NCBI GenBank assembly: GCA_963733255.1
Contig: CAVTCH010000009.1
Location: 29,694 to 93,693 of the forward strand
Source: an uncultured Actinomycetes bacterium
GTDB taxonomy: Bacteria > Actinomycetota > Thermoleophilia > UBA2241
Direction: 5' to 3'
Length of the DNA: 64,000 nt
A program made the position numbers and the translations under genes. Shown here one piece after another: positions 59,760-64,000 of this stretch. Position 1 is the first letter of the stretch, and every line of letters begins with the position of its first letter. The notes beneath the pieces are model-generated. The model made no database searches. It was not told the DNA's origin and saw nothing but the letters and a program-made list of their open reading frames with translations.

Positions 59760-60854
59760 GTGTCGAGCCCCGCTCGCCCGCCCGCCTCGCTCGCTTCGTC
59801 CGCGTCGCTCGCTTCGCCCGCCCCGCCCGCCTCGTCCGACGTGGCGCTCTTCGAGGCTCACGCCGCCACCTATGACCGGATCAACACAGTCATCACGTTC
59901 GGCCAGGACGCCCGCTGGCGCCGCTGGGCGGCCGGCGAAGCGGTAAGGCGAGGCGCGGTTGTTGCCGCGGCGACAGTACCGGGGACGGCCGCGGCGGGCG
60001 CACCGGTGACCGCCCCGACGACCGCACCGGCGTCTGCCGCGGCGCCGAGTCCGCGAGCGCCGCGGCTGCTCGACGCCTGCGCCGGCACCGGGCTCGTGGG
60101 GCTGGCGGCTGCCGAGCTGGGCGCCCGGGTGACACTGGCCGACGCCAGCCCCCTCATGCTGGCGCGGGCCCGAGGCAGAGCGGCGGCCCGACGCCTTGCG
60201 GTCGACGACGTGGTGGTCGATCTGGCCGCGCTGTCGCCGCCCGCCGCGACCGGCGTGAGCGCGTCGCAGCCGGGAGCATCGCCCGGCGAAGCGGCTCCGC
60301 TTGCCCCCGCGAGCTTCGACGCGGTGACTCTGGCGTTCGGCCTGCGCTATCTGCCCGATCCGGTCGCCACGCTGCGCGCGCTCGCCGCGATGCTGCGGCC
60401 AGGCGGGGTCGTGGTGGCGCTGGAGGCGGTCGTGCCGACCGCCTCCAGCGCCACCACCCCGACGCCCGGCGCAGGCGCCACCACGACGCGAGCCGCGTCC
60501 CTCGGCATGCGCATCGCTTCCGCCGCCGCCGGGCTCTACTTCTTTCGGGTGGCGCCCCGGATCGGCGCCTTGCTGGCCGGCCGGCGCGACCTCTACATCC
60601 GGCTCACCGGGAGCGTCCGCGACCTGGGCGACGGCGACGACCTCGCCGGCCTGTTCACCAGCGCCGGCCTCACAGTGGTGAGCCGCCGCGCCTGGGTGTT
60701 CGGGCTCGTCGAGGGCCTCGTCGCCGAGCGGCCTCCGGCGCCTGTCGAAAGCGGCGTCGAGCAGCCATCGCCCCCACCGGTCCCGGGCGTCCTCGACGGG
60801 CGGTCGCGTGGTAGTGTCTGCGAACGACCGGCCCCTCCGCCCCCAGGGCAGTGA
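59760..60854 (+). CDS. class I SAM-dependent methyltransferase (UbiE/MenG-like) with low-complexity inserts
   Basis: LDACAGTG motif I, YDRIN, and post-I FD..TLAFGLRYLPDP; alternative GTG start at 59841. Confidence 0.7.
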   Translation: MSSPARPPASLASSASLASPAPPASSDVALFEAHAATYDRINTVITFGQDARWRRWAAGEAVRRGAVVAAATVPGTAAAGAPVTAPTTAPASAAAPSPRAPRLLDACAGTGLVGLAAAELGARVTLADASPLMLARARGRAAARRLAVDDVVVDLAALSPPAATGVSASQPGASPGEAAPLAPASFDAVTLAFGLRYLPDPVATLRALAAMLRPGGVVVALEAVVPTASSATTPTPGAGATTTRAASLGMRIASAAAGLYFFRVAPRIGALLAGRRDLYIRLTGSVRDLGDGDDLAGLFTSAGLTVVSRRAWVFGLVEGLVAERPPAPVESGVEQPSPPPVPGVLDGRSRGSVCERPAPPPPGQ

Positions 60855-62662
60855 AGGAAGGATACGGCGTGCCGCTCCTGCGCTTAGACGAAGACCCCGA
60901 CCAGCTCGTCCTGCACTCCCGGGGCGCCGTCTGCGCGAGTACGCGCGAGGTGGTCGAAAGCGAGCCCTTCGAGCGCGTCCTCGGGCTCTATCTCGATCAT
61001 CTGGCCGAGCACGACGGGCCGCTGCTCGAGGCGCTCGGCTTCGAGCCGCGCGACGCCGCGGCGCGCGCGAGCCTCGTCGACCTGTTGCGGCTGCTGGCTC
61101 ACAACCCGCTCGAGCGCATCGTGCGCACGTCGCCCGAACGGGGGCCGCTGCTCGAGCGCCGGGCTGCGCTGCATCGCTTCGTCGAGGGCCTCTACGACTT
61201 CTGGCGCGGCTTCGACCGGTTCCTGGTCGACCACGCCGGCGCGGGCCGGGTCGGACCCGGCGACGGCGTCGACCGGGTCTTCAACGCCAGCCTCGAGACG
61301 CTGGCGGAGCTCATCCGCGACCTGTATCGCGACGTGGCCGAGAACGTCACCGGCACGCATCCGCACGTCTACCGGCAGGTGCACGCCGGCGCCGAGCTGG
61401 GCGCGGTCGTAGGTCCGCGGCGGTGGCCGGCGCCGGCCGCCTATCGCGCCCAGCTCGAAGACATCCCCTTCGTGCGCCGTGTGCTCATGTATCCGCCGCT
61501 CATCCTGAACCCGCCGGCCACGACGCGCGCCGGCAGCTTCACCGAGGTGAGCGACGATCCGCTCGCCGGCCTGCGGCTCGACCCTGAGCGCTGGGTCTGC
61601 TACCCGGCGGTCGTCGGGCGCCTCGTCGTGTTCGTCTACATCGAGCAGCGCTTCTTTGGGCTGGGCCTTTCGCTGTCGAACCTCTTCGAGCTGGCCAGTG
61701 AGGCGCAGGTGGCGGCCGGGCCCGACGCTCTGCTGGTCTACGGCGCGCCGGCCAAAGGGCTCGCACGTTTCGGAGAGCAGCCCACCGTGTTCTTCGACGA
61801 CACGGCCAACGGGCTGCTCGTGGGCGCTCTGCCGCTCGACGATCGCTATGCCTACTTCGGCTATCTGAAGAAGATGATCCTGACGCTGCACAACGTGGCG
61901 GCCATGAAGCGCGGTCTGATGCCGTTTCACGGCGCCTTCTCGCGGCTGGTGTTGCCGGGCGGCGCCGAGGCCGGCGTGCTGCTGATCGGCGACACGGCGA
62001 CCGGCAAGTCGGAGACCCTCGAGGCGCTGCGGCTCATGGCCGGGGAGCGGGTCGCCGAGGTGCACGTCGTGGCCGACGACATGGGCTCGCTCGAGGTGCG
62101 CGAGCACGAGGGCCGCCCGCGCGTGCTCGGCTACGGCACCGAGATCGGCGCCTTCGTGCGCCTCGACGACCTGCAGCAGGGCTACGCCATAGGCCAGATC
62201 GACCGCGCCATCATCATGAACCCCCAGAAGGTGAATGCTCGCGTGGTCCTGCCGGTGACCTCCATCGACGAGGTGCAGCATGGCTACCCCGTCGACGTGC
62301 TGCTCTACGCCAACAACTTCGAGGAGGTCGACGACGGCCACCCTCTGGTCGAGCGCTTCGCCGACGCCGAGGCGGCGCTCGCGGTCTTTCGCGAGGGCCG
62401 CGCCATGTCGAAGGGCACGACCGCGGCGAGTGGCCTCGTGGCCAACTACTTCGCTAACATCTTTGGACCGGCGCAGCGGCCGGCGCAGCACGACACTCTG
62501 GCCGAGCGCACGTTCGCGGCGCTCTTTGGCGACGACGGGTTCGTCGGTCAGCTTCGCACGAGGCTCGCGCTGCCGGGTTACGCCGGCGAGGGGCCTCGGG
62601 CCGCCGCCGCGGCGCTGCTCGAACTGATAGCCCAGACAACGAGAGGAGAGGCACCCAGGTGA
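60851..62662 (+). CDS. large protein (603 aa) with C-terminal HPr-kinase/phosphorylase-like P-loop domain; N-terminal ~340 aa of unknown function
   Basis: FHGAFSRLVLPGGAEAGVLLIGDTATGKSETLEALRLMAGERVAEVHVVADD resembles HprK C-terminal block G-x-S-G-x-GKSE...ADD; GTGA overlaps on both sides. Confidence 0.55.
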   Translation: MKEGYGVPLLRLDEDPDQLVLHSRGAVCASTREVVESEPFERVLGLYLDHLAEHDGPLLEALGFEPRDAAARASLVDLLRLLAHNPLERIVRTSPERGPLLERRAALHRFVEGLYDFWRGFDRFLVDHAGAGRVGPGDGVDRVFNASLETLAELIRDLYRDVAENVTGTHPHVYRQVHAGAELGAVVGPRRWPAPAAYRAQLEDIPFVRRVLMYPPLILNPPATTRAGSFTEVSDDPLAGLRLDPERWVCYPAVVGRLVVFVYIEQRFFGLGLSLSNLFELASEAQVAAGPDALLVYGAPAKGLARFGEQPTVFFDDTANGLLVGALPLDDRYAYFGYLKKMILTLHNVAAMKRGLMPFHGAFSRLVLPGGAEAGVLLIGDTATGKSETLEALRLMAGERVAEVHVVADDMGSLEVREHEGRPRVLGYGTEIGAFVRLDDLQQGYAIGQIDRAIIMNPQKVNARVVLPVTSIDEVQHGYPVDVLLYANNFEEVDDGHPLVERFADAEAALAVFREGRAMSKGTTAASGLVANYFANIFGPAQRPAQHDTLAERTFAALFGDDGFVGQLRTRLALPGYAGEGPRAAAAALLELIAQTTRGEAPR

Positions 62663-63531
62663 AGGCGCTCTACGAGACCAACGAGACCGACCTGCAGCTC
62701 GTCAGTCGCGGCAAGGTGCGCGACGTCTACGCCCTGAGCGACGACACCCTGGTGATCGTCGCCACCGACCGCATCTCGGCCTTCGACGTGATCCTGCCCA
62801 CGCCCATCCCCGGCAAGGGCGAGGTGCTCACCCAGCTTTCGAACTTCTGGTTCGAGCGCACCGGCGACATCATCGCAAACCACGTCGTCGATCCCGAGCC
62901 GTTCGCCGGCCGCCCCGCCAAGGCGCACCTGCAGGGTCGTTCAGTGGCGGTGCGTCGCTGCGAGGCGCTGCCCGTCGAAGCCATCGTGCGCGGGTATCTC
63001 ACCGGCTCCGGCCTGAAGGACTACGAGCGCAGCGGCATGGTCTGTGGCATCGAGCTGCCGTCCGGCCTCGTCGACGGCAGCCGGCTGCCCGACACGATCT
63101 TCGCGCCGTCCACCAAGGCCGCCGTGGGCGCCCACGACGAGAACATCTCCTACGAGGGCGTCGTGAGCCTGCTGGGCCCCGCGCTGGCGGCCGAGGTGCG
63201 CGCCGCGGCGATCGCCCTGTACGAGTTCGGGGCGGCCTACGCTCGCGAGCGCGGCATCATCATCGCCGACACGAAGTTCGAGTTCGGGCTGCTCGACGGC
63301 GAGCTCATCCTGATCGACGAGGCGATGACCCCGGATTCCTCGCGCTTCTGGCCGGTCGACGGGTACGAGTCGGGCCACGCGCAGCCGAGCTTCGACAAGC
63401 AGTTCGTGCGCGACTACCTCGAGACGCTCGACTGGGGCAAGAAGGCGCCCGGTCCCGAGCTGCCGCCGGACATCGTCGACAAGACGGCGGCGAAGTACGC
63501 CGAGGCCCGGCGACTGCTCACCGCGAGGTAG
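62659..63531 (+). CDS. purC: phosphoribosylaminoimidazole-succinocarboxamide synthase
   Basis: SAICAR synthetase motifs (GKVRDVY, ATDRISAFD, ADTKFEFG); GTG after GAGAGGAGAGG. Confidence 0.9.
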   Translation: MKALYETNETDLQLVSRGKVRDVYALSDDTLVIVATDRISAFDVILPTPIPGKGEVLTQLSNFWFERTGDIIANHVVDPEPFAGRPAKAHLQGRSVAVRRCEALPVEAIVRGYLTGSGLKDYERSGMVCGIELPSGLVDGSRLPDTIFAPSTKAAVGAHDENISYEGVVSLLGPALAAEVRAAAIALYEFGAAYARERGIIIADTKFEFGLLDGELILIDEAMTPDSSRFWPVDGYESGHAQPSFDKQFVRDYLETLDWGKKAPGPELPPDIVDKTAAKYAEARRLLTAR

Positions 63532-63603
63532 GAGAGGCGGCGGAGGCGACGATGGCGACGGGCGGGCGGGGGCGACGATGGCGACAGGCGGACTGAGGCG
63601 GCG

Positions 63604-64000
63604 ATGAGACGGGCGCTCTTCTGGGCGGGCGTCGCGCTGACGATCGCGCTGGTCGCCTTCGGCATCTGGTACTACGTGCGCGACGACTACCCGTTCCAGC
63701 TCTCCCCCGACCAGATCGCCGGTCTTTCGTATCATTCGGTCGCTGCTCCCGGTTCGGGCGCCGCCTCGGTCTCGGGCTACATCTCAGAGCCTCCCCCGGA
63801 CCTCGCCGACTGGGTCAGCAGCATGGAGAAGGACTCGAGCGACGAGACGGTGACGGTGACGACCGTCGCGACGGTGGTGCTGACCGACGGGCGTCAGTTG
63901 CGCCTTTACCTCGGTGGCTCACGGGGCTTCGGACGCTGGGTCGAGCCCGGCGGGGCCCAGTCGACGCCGGTCGGCGTGCAGTTGAACCAGCCCTTCGTGT
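63604..64000 (+). CDS. hypothetical membrane-anchored protein (3' partial at window edge)
   Basis: N-terminal TM helix ALFWAGVALTIALVAFGIWYYV; runs off the window. Confidence 0.4.
   Translation, partial: MRRALFWAGVALTIALVAFGIWYYVRDDYPFQLSPDQIAGLSYHSVAAPGSGAASVSGYISEPPPDLADWVSSMEKDSSDETVTVTTVATVVLTDGRQLRLYLGGSRGFGRWVEPGGAQSTPVGVQLNQPFV

Overview
This is a high-GC (about 70%) bacterial chromosomal segment, probably actinobacterial, carrying about 70 genes on both strands. I found no rRNA, tRNA, CRISPR array or transposase.

The gene content falls into several groups. Five purine-biosynthesis genes are scattered through the window (purB, purE, purD, purA, purC). There is a peptidoglycan D-isoglutamate amidation operon (murT-gatD) translationally coupled to a PP2C phosphatase, and an L,D-transpeptidase. 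A UDP-sugar cluster (2-epimerase, 6-dehydrogenase, Gfo/Idh/MocA oxidoreductase, hexapeptide acetyltransferase) is interrupted by a peptidase C45 gene and lacks an aminotransferase. Two MFS efflux pumps sit next to MerR and TetR regulators. A detoxification-style block holds three VOC proteins, several GNAT acetyltransferases, an alpha/beta hydrolase and an NTF2-like protein. A peptide/amide catabolic block holds a family-5 solute-binding protein, an amidohydrolase and an amidase. A redox cluster runs nitroreductase, Rieske, glutaredoxin-like, FTR-like catalytic subunit, Rieske, Fe/Mn superoxide dismutase. Finally, a UbiA prenyltransferase plus UbiE-like methyltransferase is followed by a large protein with an HPr-kinase-like P-loop domain, which is fused into an operon with purC.

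Three previously unreported repeat-associated structures stand out:
- a rubredoxin mini-cassette flanked on both sides by tandem ~58-bp palindromic repeats that begin at the stop codons of the upstream genes;
- a composite ~150-bp repeat family (E1/E2) that brackets and subdivides a ~4.6-kb segment encoding a long metallophosphoesterase, a secreted beta-propeller protein and a polytopic membrane protein;
- two ~40-bp direct repeats upstream of the UDP-sugar dehydrogenase.

Many frame-shadow ORFs typical of high-GC DNA were discarded. Coordinates that I derived by hand, rather than taken from the ORF track, may be off by 1-3 nt.
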